Source: Dicyema japonicum
Lineage: Eukaryota > Animalia > Dicyemida
Direction of reading: 5' to 3'
Length of the DNA stretch: 64,000 nt
NCBI GenBank assembly: GCA_011109175.1
Contig: RDEW01000011.1
Coordinates: forward strand, 366,193 to 430,192
The notes under the pieces were generated by a model that was given only the letters and a program-made list of their open reading frames with translations, ran no database searches and was not told the origin of the DNA. Within the stretch, counting starts at the first letter, position 1. Each line of letters begins with the position of its first letter. Of the stretch, positions 49,430 to 61,392 are shown piece by piece. Both the position numbers and the translations under genes were made by a program.

Positions 49430-49960
49430 TTGGTTATGACTTTCCTGTCAGCTATCAGTTTCCTTCAATTAAAGGGACCGAGGGTAAATATATACATGCA
49501 AATCGGGGTATCAAAAGACCATGGTATGCTCAATTGATGTACAAAAGGATTTTGACTCAATCCTGAGGAAATTACTTACTAAGAAGATCTTTTGTTCGGA
49601 TATTTCGAGAAAATTAAAACGATGAGTTGGGAGTTTTTATCAGCGGACTGAAAAGAAAGGTCGTTTCAAAAACTTACTATCCGACTGCGTACCACAATAA
49701 TCCTCAATTTTCCAAGCAGGTGGTTTGACACAAATCTAAAAGTGGAGAAAAATCTTGACTACTCTCCTTACAATACCTGATGGCGCAGTGTAATAGGCTC
49801 CGGAAGTTCCATGCATCTAAAATGCTTTTGAGATAGACGGGTGTATTGGATTGATTAGCATAACTTTATTTCTTTAAGTGGGAGTTCTGCCTAAGTTGAG
49901 ATGACTAATAGGAACATTACTAGTCGTTGGTGGAAAGGCTGAATTATAATAATAAAATAT
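49430..49960 (+). mobile_element. degraded LINE-like 3' fragment sharing the GCCTAAG...GAAAGGCTGAA end with 1235-1310
   Basis: Nucleotide similarity of the terminal ~75 bp only; internal coding remnants unclear. Confidence 0.4.
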
Positions 49961-50413
49961 TGACCGACTCTGCTCTGATTTGTTATGAAAGGGGAACAGA
50001 TTCAATGTCGATGTCGAACAATGTCTTCACTATCAAGAATCTTCCACTTCGTGAAATGACTTATTATTCTTTGATGTTATGAATCTATACTATTAATTAG
50101 ATACCTTTGATGATGGTTGGAGGTTTCTAAATGTTTATAAAAAGGGTTATTAGTGCTGATAAACGGAGTTAGGTTTATTAGATTCAAATCAGATTCTTAT
50201 CAAAATAGCCAAGGGATTTTGGTGATTTTCAAAACCAAGGATTTCCACCTACTTTGATTTTTTTTATAATTTCTTGTACACTCGAAATTTTTCAAGTGTA
50301 GACATTAAGATCATCTGAGATATCTCTTGAGGAGCTAGATGCGAGATCCTGGAACGTTCCACTTAACAAAATGCCAATAAATCAATTTAAATTAACTAAG
50401 TCAATAACTCTAA

Positions 50414-53207
50414 TTAGCTTTCTTTTTGAGTTTGGTTTTTTCTGGATAATTTGCTTGATAATTTGTGAGCAGTAATTATTTTGTATGCTCTCTGTGGGTT
50501 ATTAAACATTTATTACAAGACTAATAAATTGAATCACTGAACTTCTCCAAAAACCTGATTGTGATTTTCGAATTATTGGGATGAGGGCGTAATACATCCA
50601 AATTTCGGTAATAAAAATGACAACACACAAACCCATTCCACTGTACAACCAAACGAATGTACCCACGTGGTCTTCACTTGATAATTGCAAATTAGCGATC
50701 TTCTTTTTTTGACCACAGTCCGAAAGTATTTCGTATTTGTTAATCAGAGTCTCATAAAATCCTTTCTCGTTATAGTAAATCAGAATATTCTCGATCAGTT
50801 TCTACTTTGATTAAAAAATTCACATTTTTTTCATCGTTTTTTCTAATGGCAATTCCGTGGTGATTGTAACCAAAATATCCGTTCGTTCGGAATAAGCAGT
50901 CTGAAAATATCTGCCCGGCCTTGGTGTATGTCTCGTCAGTCAAATACACGTCAATTTCGTTATTTCTATGTCATTAGCTCATAATGTACTCCATTGCTTT
51001 GAATCCCTCAGAACTTTTAGTGAATAAGTTTTTTGGTTCAATTCTGTTGTACAACTCCGGATTTAAGTCTTTCAAAAGAGCGGAAATCGAAGAATTTTTG
51101 ATAAGCCCAGGCCTGTATTTTAGCAACTGGAGTTTGTTTAGAAAGCTTACTTCTTTGTCATAAATCCCATTAAAGTCAGGCTTCTCTGCTTGATAGGCAA
51201 AAATCCCAGCCAAATTTGCAGTGTATTGAGCAACAAAGATAATACAGCTTGCAGCCCAGCATGATTGAATAAATTTCGTGGACCATGCCTTAGGAATTTT
51301 GATTGGAAAGTTTCTTCCAGTCAGGACGGCTACTGCCATAGTGAATGAAGACCCTTTAATGAAGAATTGACGAGATACCAAGAGTGTATTTCCCTTCGTT
51401 GTCCCTATCAGGGGAATTATACCCATAAGGACTATTCCATTCTACTATCCCCATAACGATTGTCACAATAATCAACATACAAAATATAAGGATCCAGGCT
51501 TCTTTTGAATAAGGCTCGAAAATGACAGTAATTGGTGGGGTTACGGTTACTTTTCGTGTAATAAAAACATAACGAGAAGGGAATAAAGGTCGGATAAAGT
51601 CAACCGCCTTAAATCCCTACCAAAATAAACCATTTTTCTTTCGGGGTGATCGTTAACAAGGCAATCGATAAGTTAGCATTTCCGTTGTGAATCTCTTGAA
51701 TGAGTCCGTTCCATCCGTTTGAAGTAAGTGAACCGTAAATATTGTCTGTTTTGAGATATAATTGAATTCTTAATAACTTAACCTTAAACCTCTTGTTTAA
51801 GTCAACTTCAAGGCTTTCTGAGAATTCTGCAAAGACACCAGTACAGCACATTACTGTGTAATTTGCGGAGTTGATTTTTGTTCCAAAAATAGTCAAGGAA
51901 TATCTCGTTTAACTCTTGATTTGTGGGCGAATTGACTCTAAGACATATTTTTCCATTTTTGCAGCTATCCGGGTCAGTCACCTTAGTAACAGACATGAAT
52001 GGAGCCTCGTTGATGGTCACAGCCCTCAAAGCTTTCCAAACTTTCATTAAGTACCCATTAAGTATGTTGTCAATATTTATTTTACTGTTGCTGGCATAAC
52101 CATTGATAGTCCCAATATCAATCCAATTTAGCAGAGAATCACTACAGAACCGAACAATCCCTTTCTTGTAGGCGATATTCCCATTAATATCGAGTTGGAT
52201 TGTGATTTTGTCAAATTTATAACTCGTAGTCGCACTTTGCGTCCCCCGAGCCCAGGAGTATGGGTACGAACTGTTAGTCAATTTCCACTCCAGGTAATTT
52301 TGTTTAAAAATGTGGCTTAGAAACAGCGATAGTCTGAAAATCTCTGTGATGTTGGTTGTATCACTTAATTTCTCAATACCGATGATGGGGTGATAGCAGT
52401 CGATCTTCTGGAGAGGCTCCCCGATGTATAGTAAAATCGTGTTGTCTGTAAGAAATCCTTTAGTTTTCAGATAACAAACCAGGTCGCTTATTTTCAAAAG
52501 ATCTAATTGGAGGATGAACATAAAGTTGATTGAATTCTTGAGATATCGAATGAGGATATCATTCCGGATTGACAAAATGCCTTTTGATTCTGATACTCGT
52601 ATGATACTTACAGTTAACCCACGTGCTTTAGCTTCGTAGAATATTTGAGTTCCGTAATCGTTGTTATAAGCATTATCCATAAGGAACATTATTGGACTGT
52701 ACTTTGGATTCATTGCTATCATAGTCACTATCGTCTCAATGTCTGTCGATATTTGGTTGTTTATTTTGGTTACAGACACGTCCTTAATTTAAATATGTGA
52801 ATTACAGGAGGGAATGGAAAATCAACTTTGTCAGTCGTGTAGGAGATAAGGTGGATCCCAAAATAGTGAGTCATTGTCGAAACAACCTGCATTAACTTAC
52901 TTGGCCCAATAATGCTTCCGGTTATAAAGTCCTGATTTTTATTTAAGTTTCCAAAATAAGTGTTTAAGAATGGTAGAACTTCAAGGTAAGAATTATTGTA
53001 AGCAATCTCGACTGAATTTGTGATACAATTAAAGGAACTCGTGTTCAGTGCTACAAGAAGAAGAGGTTGAGCAATAGACTTTGTGACAATTGCCACGTTG
53101 GATGGTTTGATTCCACTTCCCTTTATAGAACAGTTGGACGTTTGAATTAAATAAATTGAATTGAATGAACACAACCGTACAAAAATACCTAACACAAATA
53201 TTAGCAT
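50414..53207 (-). CDS. GRIN3: NMDA-type ionotropic glutamate receptor subunit, GluN3-like
   Basis: ATD; LRAVTINEAPF; CCTG; GWNGLI; EWNSPYG; pore AVLTGRNFPIKIPKAWSTKF ~ GluN3A LLFGRTVAIKPPKCWTGRF; QYTANLA; M4 ...EIWMYYALIPIIRK ~ EHIVYRLLLPRIK. Introns of about 22-26 nt; stop at 50414-50416. Confidence 0.85.
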
Positions 53208-54009
53208 TTATTTGCTCTTTTCGTGACTATTTTATATCCACAAACCCCAAGAGACTAATTTGTAAAAAACTAATAACCACTTTATTATCCTAACCGTTGG
53301 AAATCATTCTTCCCCTCTTAAAAAATGTTAAATGCCGACTGATCTTTATCTACTGATACAAATAAGCTTCCTCCACCAAGATTTAATGTAGTGTCCTCAT
53401 AATAATCGCATGTAAGTTCCACAAAGCGATCGTGTTATTTTCATTAAAAATATTTTTATTAACGTATTAATAAATAATTTGATCGCCTTCGTGATGAGGA
53501 TGAGAGATAAGCTAGAGGAGATGGTTTATTGAGCCTATTTCCTTACAAATTGTGAGAAATGTGTTTTCAATTCTGAGAGCGGCCACCTTTTTCAAGTATT
53601 TTAAACAAAAATAAATTAGCCGTAGACAAAAGGTAATTCCCTGGATGGTAAATTTTCTCAGAACATATAAGCTTTTTCCTTTTATTCAAGAAATAAAGTC
53701 AATCATGTCCTGAGTTCTCAAGATATCAATGTCTTTAGTTTCCTAAAGAGAGTTATCTCATATCGCTTCTGCAAACACCGTTGATTAATCTTCCATGCTC
53801 TCCTTAATACGGCGATTTTTCGAAAAACATCTAGGTCGTCTGCATTTAGAGTTTCATGAAGTACTATTTATCATAAAATAATCACAATGTCGCATCTGCT
53901 ATCTCAAAAAGTGCATACTATTAATGAGTTCAATTGATAAGATTTAATTTATCCTGCTATTTACCTGATGAAGGTTTCTTTTCCGCTCTTTGCCTTCTTC
54001 AATTCCTAC

Positions 54010-54190
54010 GAGGTGTCATGAGATCCATCTAACTTGGGAGACGTCCAGTTCCTGGCGGCATCAAAAATACCCTCTTTCTTCTCCAGTGGAGAGGTTCCCA
54101 CAATGGCGAATATGGATCGACGTGATAGTTGGAAAGGATGCATCTCACTCCTACCGTTGGAACCTTATATACCTTAATTAGACATTAATA
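54010..54190 (+). mobile_element. diverged copy of the ~330-bp element family
   Basis: GTCATGAGATCC...CCAGTGGAGAGGTTCCCACAATGG...GAAAGGATGCATCTCACTCCTA...TATACCTTAATTA aligns with the reverse copy at 57247-57430. Confidence 0.6.
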
Positions 54191-54384
54191 AACTCTTAGC
54201 TTTCGTCCTGTGTTTCCTGAGTCTCTTAACTTTTTTCCGGTTATCGTATAATAATTGATTTGGGGTCAGCAATAGACTTTGTGACAATTGCCACGTTGGA
54301 TGGCTATCTTTCTCCTATAGTATCTTACCTTTCTCCTATCTTCCTCCTACGGTTCGTATTTGAGTCCTTAATTAATCTCCATAA

Positions 54385-54450
54385 AAGTGAAGGTCACGTG
54401 ATAGTTAGTTTTTGGTTTACCGTGGTCTTGGGTGTTAAATAAATAAATAA
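54385..54450 (+). mobile_element. short retroposon 3' tail (same family as 32885-32970)
   Basis: GTCACGTGATAGTTAGTTTTTGGTTTACCGTGGTCTTGGGTGTTAAATAAATAAATAAAA. Confidence 0.55.
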
Positions 54451-54599
54451 AAGAGAAGGTCTTTTCATAGCCTCCGATATGTTATGACGAGATATTTTAT
54501 GACTTGTACCTCAAGGGATGCTTCTGGTGAACAAAGGAAATATCCCAGGAGTTCTAATTAACACACGTAGAATATAATAAAATTGAATTAACAACCGAC

Positions 54600-55384
54600 T
54601 ATCAAACCAAGGTAACTATTATAGCATCATTATGCAACGAACAAGTATCCTCAGTCACATCAGTGAATGAGTCCAAATCTACACTAAAGTAAATGGTGTA
54701 CTCTTTAAAAGCTGATATCCTTCAAATTTACAAGTTATATACAAATGACAGCATCCCTCAATATAACTCATTTTCAGGCACCCGAATGTGTCCGTTTGCT
54801 CTGTTCGTTTTCTGTATAATTTTTTGAAACTGAAATAATAAACGACCCCACCATGGTAATTGTGGCGATAACAGTATGTGAGTTATCAAGTTAAATAGAT
54901 TCCGCTTTGATTGGAGGTCAGATTCTGCCTGAAAATAGATAAGAGACCTACATTTTCATCGGCGACAACGTGGAAGATGCACAAAATCAGAATTACTTCG
55001 ATTATCAGCGTTGATGTGAAAATAAATAAGCAAACATAATGAAAACCATTTACCCTATTTCCTTGTATAATACAGTCACGTGGGGATGAAAATATAATAT
55101 CCTGTTGATACATTCACTATTATACAAAATGTTGTAGCGATCAACAGAAATACAACAAATTGCTGACAATTTCTTATACGTGGCCAGTCAGTAACTTCCA
55201 AATGAGGATAACTACAGCTTATCAGTCTTCCAGTACTCTTGATGTTATCATCATGAATGGATTTATTACTGCTTCCAAATCTACAATTTTTGTTAATGTC
55301 CATCAATAATGAATTTTTGCTACATTCCTTAATATGATCAGCTTCTGAGGTTGATATTCTTATTAAATAGCCGAAGGCGTACAC
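54600..55384 (-). CDS. possible multi-pass membrane protein of unknown family
   Basis: ORFs 55076-55384 and 54886-55113 each end in hydrophobic TM-like stretches; no motif recognised. Confidence 0.25.
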
Positions 55385-55849
55385 AGTGAATGATAGGACA
55401 GAAATATAAAAGTTATTTCCTAAAAGATAAGTGATTTGGGGAAGACTGCAATAATATACATTTGTACATTAAAATGTGGTATAGTGAGACCGTTGTTATA
55501 AAGACGATCCATATTAGACAAAAATGCAAGACATCCAAATTGTATGATTTCATTTATACTTTTAGGTTTGAATATTTATTTTTAATTTTTATACAACATG
55601 TTAAATAAAATAATATTTAAATAATTCAAAAATAATTTTCGCTACTTAATTTACTTTTGAATCAGGCGGTATATTGTGTCATGGTCAGTATGTGCGCTTA
55701 TGTCGTTATGGAGTAATTTTAATTGCGTTTATAAGGAATAAATATATGATTTCATGTTCTTCAACTGCATTATGTGTTTTCAAACACCAAAAATTAATTA
55801 ACGAATCTACAAATTTTTTAGTAAATTTGGTTGCAATATCATAGATCCT

Positions 55850-56037
55850 AAGCAGAACATAGTATTTGACGGTATTGATTTAAAGTGATAAAATATGATT
55901 GCTCAAAAATACAAGCAGAACATAGTCCTGAAGGTATTGATTTAAAGTGGTAAATATGATTGCTCAAAAATACAAGCAGAACATAGTCCTGACGGTATTG
56001 ATTTAAAGTGGTAAAATATGATTGCTCAAAAATACAA
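55850..56037 (+). repeat. minisatellite, 3 x ~62 bp
   Basis: Unit AAGCAGAACATAGTCCTGACGGTATTGATTTAAAGTGGTAAAATATGATTGCTCAAAAATAC starts at 55850, 55913 and 55974. Confidence 0.95.
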
Positions 56038-56707
56038 AGAAAATATTGGAAAAAGTTCATATTCGTATTCCTTAGGTATTAATTAACTAGTCTACAAATT
56101 TTTAGTAAATTAGTTGCAGTCGAGACACTCCAACTGCATAGGCACACATACGGACCGTGACACATTACTTTACATTTATATGCTTTTGAACCAACCACAG
56201 TCGAAACATCATGAGTCATTGAAAACAGATCACTGACCCTGCGAACCGCATTGGATTGCTTATCGAAAAAAGGATAAGAGAGAAAGGATCTGACCTATTG
56301 AGCGCATATTAGGGTAAATTCTATGTCAGCCTCGACTGAACGGAACTTCCAATTGTTTTATATGTTTTTATTTTTTGATCTAATAATATTAAAAACCTTT
56401 TACATGCTTATAATGAAAGAATCTGCTTACCAATTCACTTTGAAGGACTTAAGGGACCGTCCAGAAATCGCAATGGCCACAGGCCTTCCGCTGGTTAGTG
56501 AAATTGGGGTTATTAACTAACTTTCACTTCCAACATTGTTTTGTCACCAGGAATTTTTGTGAACCATAATTATAATTTGTTAACAAATATTGATAATGAC
56601 GTATTTTTTGATTGAAATAGTTCCACTTTTTAATCAATCTCACCACAATGGCATTCTATGATGATTATCAACCGTGTATATCTAAGCATTTAGCTTAGTT
56701 GTTTATT

Positions 56708-56900
56708 GGGCGGATCAGCTGGTGACATAGTTGTGGTGCACTTCGGCCTACCTCTAAAACACTTAATGTCGTAATCTTAATTTGGATGTAACCTTTCGTT
56801 CCTCTTCTTGGACTCATGAGACAACGGATACAAAAACCAATATCCTAATGCCTGGGTTCGAATCTCGTCTAGCCCAAATTGAAGAACTTGGATATGCTAA
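56708..56900 (+). other. tRNA-like element with A-box and B-box separated by a long insert
   Basis: CAGCTGGTGACATAGTTG (A-box-like), CACTTCGGCCTACC, then about 110 nt, then GGGTTCGAATCTCGTCTAGCCCA. Confidence 0.45.
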
Positions 56901-56924
56901 TTAACCTTGAATTAAGGTATTGTG

Positions 56925-57130
56925 GCCAGCCATTGTGGCATAGTGGTTAGGTGTCGGGCTTAAGTGGCTTAGGCTACGGGTTCGAATCTCGCTGCTGTTC
57001 ACCTGGTGGAAGGTTCCATGCATCTACGATGTAGAAAGGGTTTGACAAGTGACGCCGTCATCAGTGGATACTCACTGTGGAACTGGATTGTCTAGAAAGG
57101 ACACTCACACAAAAAAAAAGAAAAAAAGAA
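56925..57130 (+). mobile_element. tRNA-derived SINE
   Basis: A-box TGGCATAGTGG and B-box GGTTCGAATC at tRNA spacing, but the acceptor stem does not pair. A ~110-nt body and an A-rich tail follow. Confidence 0.65.
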
Positions 57131-57246
57131 GTGAAGATCATTCCTTGGTTCTACGATTAGTTAAAATTAACTGTTCTTTACTTAAATAAAGTGTGTGTCC
57201 TGTCTATGCGGAGCTATAAATACTATGGCTCTCGTGAATAGGCTTA

Positions 57247-57430
57247 TTATTATTATTATTATTAATTAAGGTATATCCAGTTCTCATGATAGGAGTGAGA
57301 TGCAACCTTTCTAATCATCGCATCCACCATTGTGGGAATTCCTCCAGTGGAGCAGAGATATCTTTTTTTGATACCGACCAGGCATTGGACGTTCTTCTAA
57401 AGCAGGTGGATCACATGACGGCAGTAAAGA
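57247..57430 (-). mobile_element. copy of the ~330-bp element family with (TAA)n tail
   Basis: Reverse complement GTCATGTGATCCACCTG...CCACTGGAGG...CCACAAT...GAACTGGATATACCTTAATTAATAATAATAA. Confidence 0.7.
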
Positions 57431-57629
57431 TCAGGGAATCCTTTGACCAGGTAAGTAGCGCTATGTGAATCGAATCCACAACTAATCACGACATGGTAGT
57501 TTTGAAATGCCAAAAAAACAAATTAATTATGGAAAATAGTTAATATTTATCTTCCTTAGATATTTAATCAACTAGTACACTGAGTTTTAATAAATTTGGT
57601 TGCAGTCGAGGCACACCATTGGCCTAGAC

Positions 57630-60600
57630 CAGGGGTTCCCAAACTTATTCAGGTCATCGCCCCCTTTAACAAACTTTTAAAAAATATCGCCCACCAAGAA
57701 AACCTATATGGTAACGAGTTGGAAATAAAAAAATTAATAATTAATATGAACACTTATGTTGCAAAAAGTTAGACACAAGTTCAATTTTTGGGTTCATGTT
57801 TGTAAGCCTAATTCGTAGATCTCCTCTTTCAACAATGTCCAAGCGGTTTTTCCTTTTGGTAATTAGCTGTCTCAACCAGCAAGAAGTGGAAAGCAATAAA
57901 AAACAATTTTTATTTTTCCATAACATAGGATATTTTTCAGGAATATCTTTTTGTAACCAAAAATCTTGATACGACCGGTGTTTAAAAGTGGGTTTAATTT
58001 CAAAATCGTTTTTTAACATAATTAGTTCCTCTTGACAACAAGATTTAGCGTCATCTAATTCTGAAAGGGGTCTACTACCCAATCTGGAACTTTGAGTTCG
58101 CATAAATCTTTGAAACGTTTCTTCATATCTTGTTCAAGAGTGATCAAATGTTCAATATAAATTTCGAAATCATCTTCAGAAAGGAAGCATTTAAGACCGT
58201 TGAGACGTGGAAATGAATTAATTCTTTCCTGCCAATATTCCTACAAAATAAAGGTAGTTTCAAAATAAGAGCAGAAATAAGTGACTTTGCTTAAATTAAT
58301 TTAAAAAATAAAACCTTGATTAAATTAATATCAGCAAATTGTAATTTCACATTAAGTTCATTAAATTTAGCAAAAATCCAGGCTCCGTTGATTTTTTTGT
58401 TCCCCTGAAATTTTTGGAAAAACGTCAGCGGCTGGTTGGAATTATTTTGATGAACATATATTTTAATAAAATATAAGAACCCTTCGTAAATGCTGACTTA
58501 ATCTAGAAGGCTTCATAGCCTCGTTAGCAAATGACTTTGAGCACAATAAACAGAAAGGTCTTCTTCCATCACTAGGAGATTGTTGAATAATACAAATACA
58601 CCGCAAATCACGCTAGTGTCAATTTAAAATTACAGGTTCACAATACTGAAATTCTATTATATTAATTATTATTATCAGCACTGCCGAGAACACATAAAAA
58701 AACAAAAGTCAATTAAGGTTCCCTTGTGCCGCGCCGGCCACCCTTTGCACCAATCGCATCCAAAGGCCTCTCCGTTTCGCAAGATCTCTTAGTTCATCGA
58801 GGTCATCCATTGTTTTCAACTCCCTGCCTATGGCTTTTAGGTCCTTATTTAGCGTGATAGGTAAGGTTATTCTAGGCCTTCCTCGGACTGATTTTGTTTT
58901 TTCCATGAAATATTCATCTATTACGTGATTTGCCGGTACATCCAGGTGACCGAACAGTCTCCATCTCGATCTTCTGATTTCCATGGATAATGGTTCTGTT
59001 TTGCTCAACTTATATAATTGTTCGTTTTTGATCTTCATTTTGTAGTGAATATTAAGTGCCTTCCGAAGCATACTGCGGTCGAAACTGTCAATAGACTCCA
59101 TTGCCCGTTTAGACAAACCCCATGTCCCACAGTTATATATTAGGATGGGCACAACAAAGTATTTGTATATCATAAGCTTTATTTTTCCACAAGGTCTTCT
59201 TCCCGAACTCCATATTTTAGATAGGCTTCTGAAAGCACCAGATGCAAGGATTTTCCGTCGAGCTACATCTTCCATGTCTCCCAAGAGCGATCCGACCTTC
59301 TTATGTCTTCTCCACGTCTCGTCGGATATCCTCTCTGCACGGCTGAATGATGTAAATTCCGTTTTGTCAGTGTTTATCTTCAAGAACCATTTTTGGAAAA
59401 TGTTAGGAAGATGTTCGTTTATGTATTTGAGAAATTCAGAATCATCCGATACAAAGTCCAGATCGTCTGCGTAAATCAACTCATAATATTGTCCTTTAAT
59501 GGATAATCTAAAATCCCTCAGTGCAGCCTCAAGATAAATAATAAATAGAATAGGAGACAACGAATCCCCTTGTGGAACTCCCCGAGTGGTTTTAAAAAAA
59601 TTGGAAGCTTTATTGAGTATGATGGTGATTATTTCACCCAATTCAGTGGGTCCACATTTTATTAACTCTGCAGGTATATTATCAGGACCAGCCGCTTTCC
59701 TGTAGTTTAGTTTTCCTATTGCCTTGATAGTTTCCGCGATAATAATGGGGCAGTTAAGAGGAGCCGTTGATGTTATTGGAGATTTGTTTTCAATTTCTTG
59801 ATTGTTAAAGATGTCATAGTAGTGTGAAGAGACTATGTTCGCCTTTTCAATAACATTCAATACTGATCGTCCATGTTGGTCGTAAATAACAATATTCCCT
59901 GGTCGTTTCTTTTTGCTAATAATCCGAATGGCTTTGAACATTTTGGATCCGTTCTTATATTTCTTGATTTCATCGACCTGTTCCTCCACTTCCTTTTTTA
60001 CTTGATATTTTTGAAGTTTTTTGATTTTTGTTAAAATTGAGTTACGAACTATCCTTAGCTTTTTTTTAGACTCGGTATATTTGAATTATTAATTCTAATC
60101 CTCAAATTCTTTTGTTCTGAAGATAAGTATGATATTTCTTCGTTGTTATATTAGAATTTGTTTTTGTGAGTAGTCCCCAAAACCAACGACGCGGTATTCT
60201 TCATTGCAACTCCAACGTCATTCCACAAATCCTGTGCACTATTGTTTGTATTCATCTTGCTTAATTCCTTTCTGAGTTTTTCGTCATACTCTTTATCTTT
60301 ATTTCATTGCTTATTAGAGTTTCTGTATCCAATCTTTCGAATTCCGTTTTTCCATATCTTCCAGATTTGTACAAACTTCCCAGAGATAACCGAGTGATCA
60401 CCAATTTGTGATCACTTGATGTTTCAAGCCCATCGTATGATCTCGAGTTTCGTATTAGGTTTTTGTTCCTTCTTCTGCACAAGATATAATCAATTTGATT
60501 ATATATTTTAATCAAGTTGCCATTTTTGTCCTTTCGTGAACCAGTCCAGGTAGTTTTATGTCTTGCTGGGTGTTCAAAAGCAGTGTTGTAGGATTCGCAG

Positions 60601-61284
60601 AATTGAACCAATGAGACACCAGAGGAATTTCGACGATTCCGAGCATGTGATCCAATACAAGTCTCCCCATTCCGTACTTTACCAACTCTGGCATTCCAGT
60701 CTCCATCAATAAACGTCAGATATGACGACGAAAGTGAGTCATATGTCCCTGTCAAACATGAGTAAAACGCACCAAGTTCTTCAGGATTGGCATCAGCCGG
60801 ACAGCGGTCGGAGCATAAACATTGATGATAGAAATAACAGAGTTGGGCTTTGTTCCAAACTTCAGTTGCATGACTGCAATACGATCCGAGACAGCCCATA
60901 CGCGTGTCACACGGTCGTAAAGATCCCTGTGAACCGCAAATCCAAGACCATAATGTCGGCAGTCAAGTCCAAAGTGATCATGTAGTAATCATCCAATTTC
61001 GTAATAAATATGCTGTAATCTTTGTCTCTTGAATGCAGCAAATACTGACACCATGGATAGATAAATCACGTGCGAGTTGATGTTTTTTGGTGATGAACTT
61101 CAAGCCTCGAGTGTTGAAAATACCAAGAGAGAATGGGCAACGGGTAATTAATATTAATTAGATGATTGATATTAATTTTAAGAATAATTTATTATTGCCC
61201 CCTTGAAATTAAAATCGCCCCCCGCCCCCTTTGAATTTCTTATCTCCCCCAAGGGGGCGATATCGCTCACTTTGGAAAACCCTG
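57630..61284 (-). mobile_element. hAT (Buster-type) non-autonomous DNA transposon, about 1.16 kb without the nested LINE
   Basis: Exact 8-bp TSD GCCTAGAC (57622-57629 / 61285-61292) with central TA. TIRs CAGGGGTTCCCAAAC / CAGGG-TTTTCCAAAG. C-terminal transposase FWL..KYP.LW...ITK.KNRLDIVERGDLR.RLT. Confidence 0.92.
58669..61150 (-). mobile_element. RTE-clade LINE nested in the hAT element
   Basis: 10-bp direct repeat ATATTAATTA (58659-58668 / 61151-61160). APE (FNTRGL, QETK, DWNARVG, YNQIDYI, SDHKLV) and RT (GVPQGDSLSP, YADDL). The middle of the RT is deleted. Short TAA tail. Confidence 0.93.
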
Positions 61285-61392
61285 GCCTAGACGCATCATT
61301 GGACCGTGATATAATAAAGGTGGCAATTCTGAATGGAAAGATCCGTGAATGAAACCATGATTATTATTAAAACAATTATTATGTTAGTGTTA

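Noticed and set aside
55848-56060. Repetitive 70-aa ORF, or a CRISPR-like array
   Set aside because: It is a head-to-tail 62-bp minisatellite with no unique spacers.
56925-57000. Functional tRNA gene
   Set aside because: A and B boxes are present but the acceptor stem does not pair, and it continues into a body and A-rich tail, so it is SINE-like.
58669-58720. RTE 3' UTR as partner of the ~330-bp element
   Set aside because: Only short words are shared (TTAATT, TTCTCGG); the match to the CR1-like ends is much longer and includes the hairpin.
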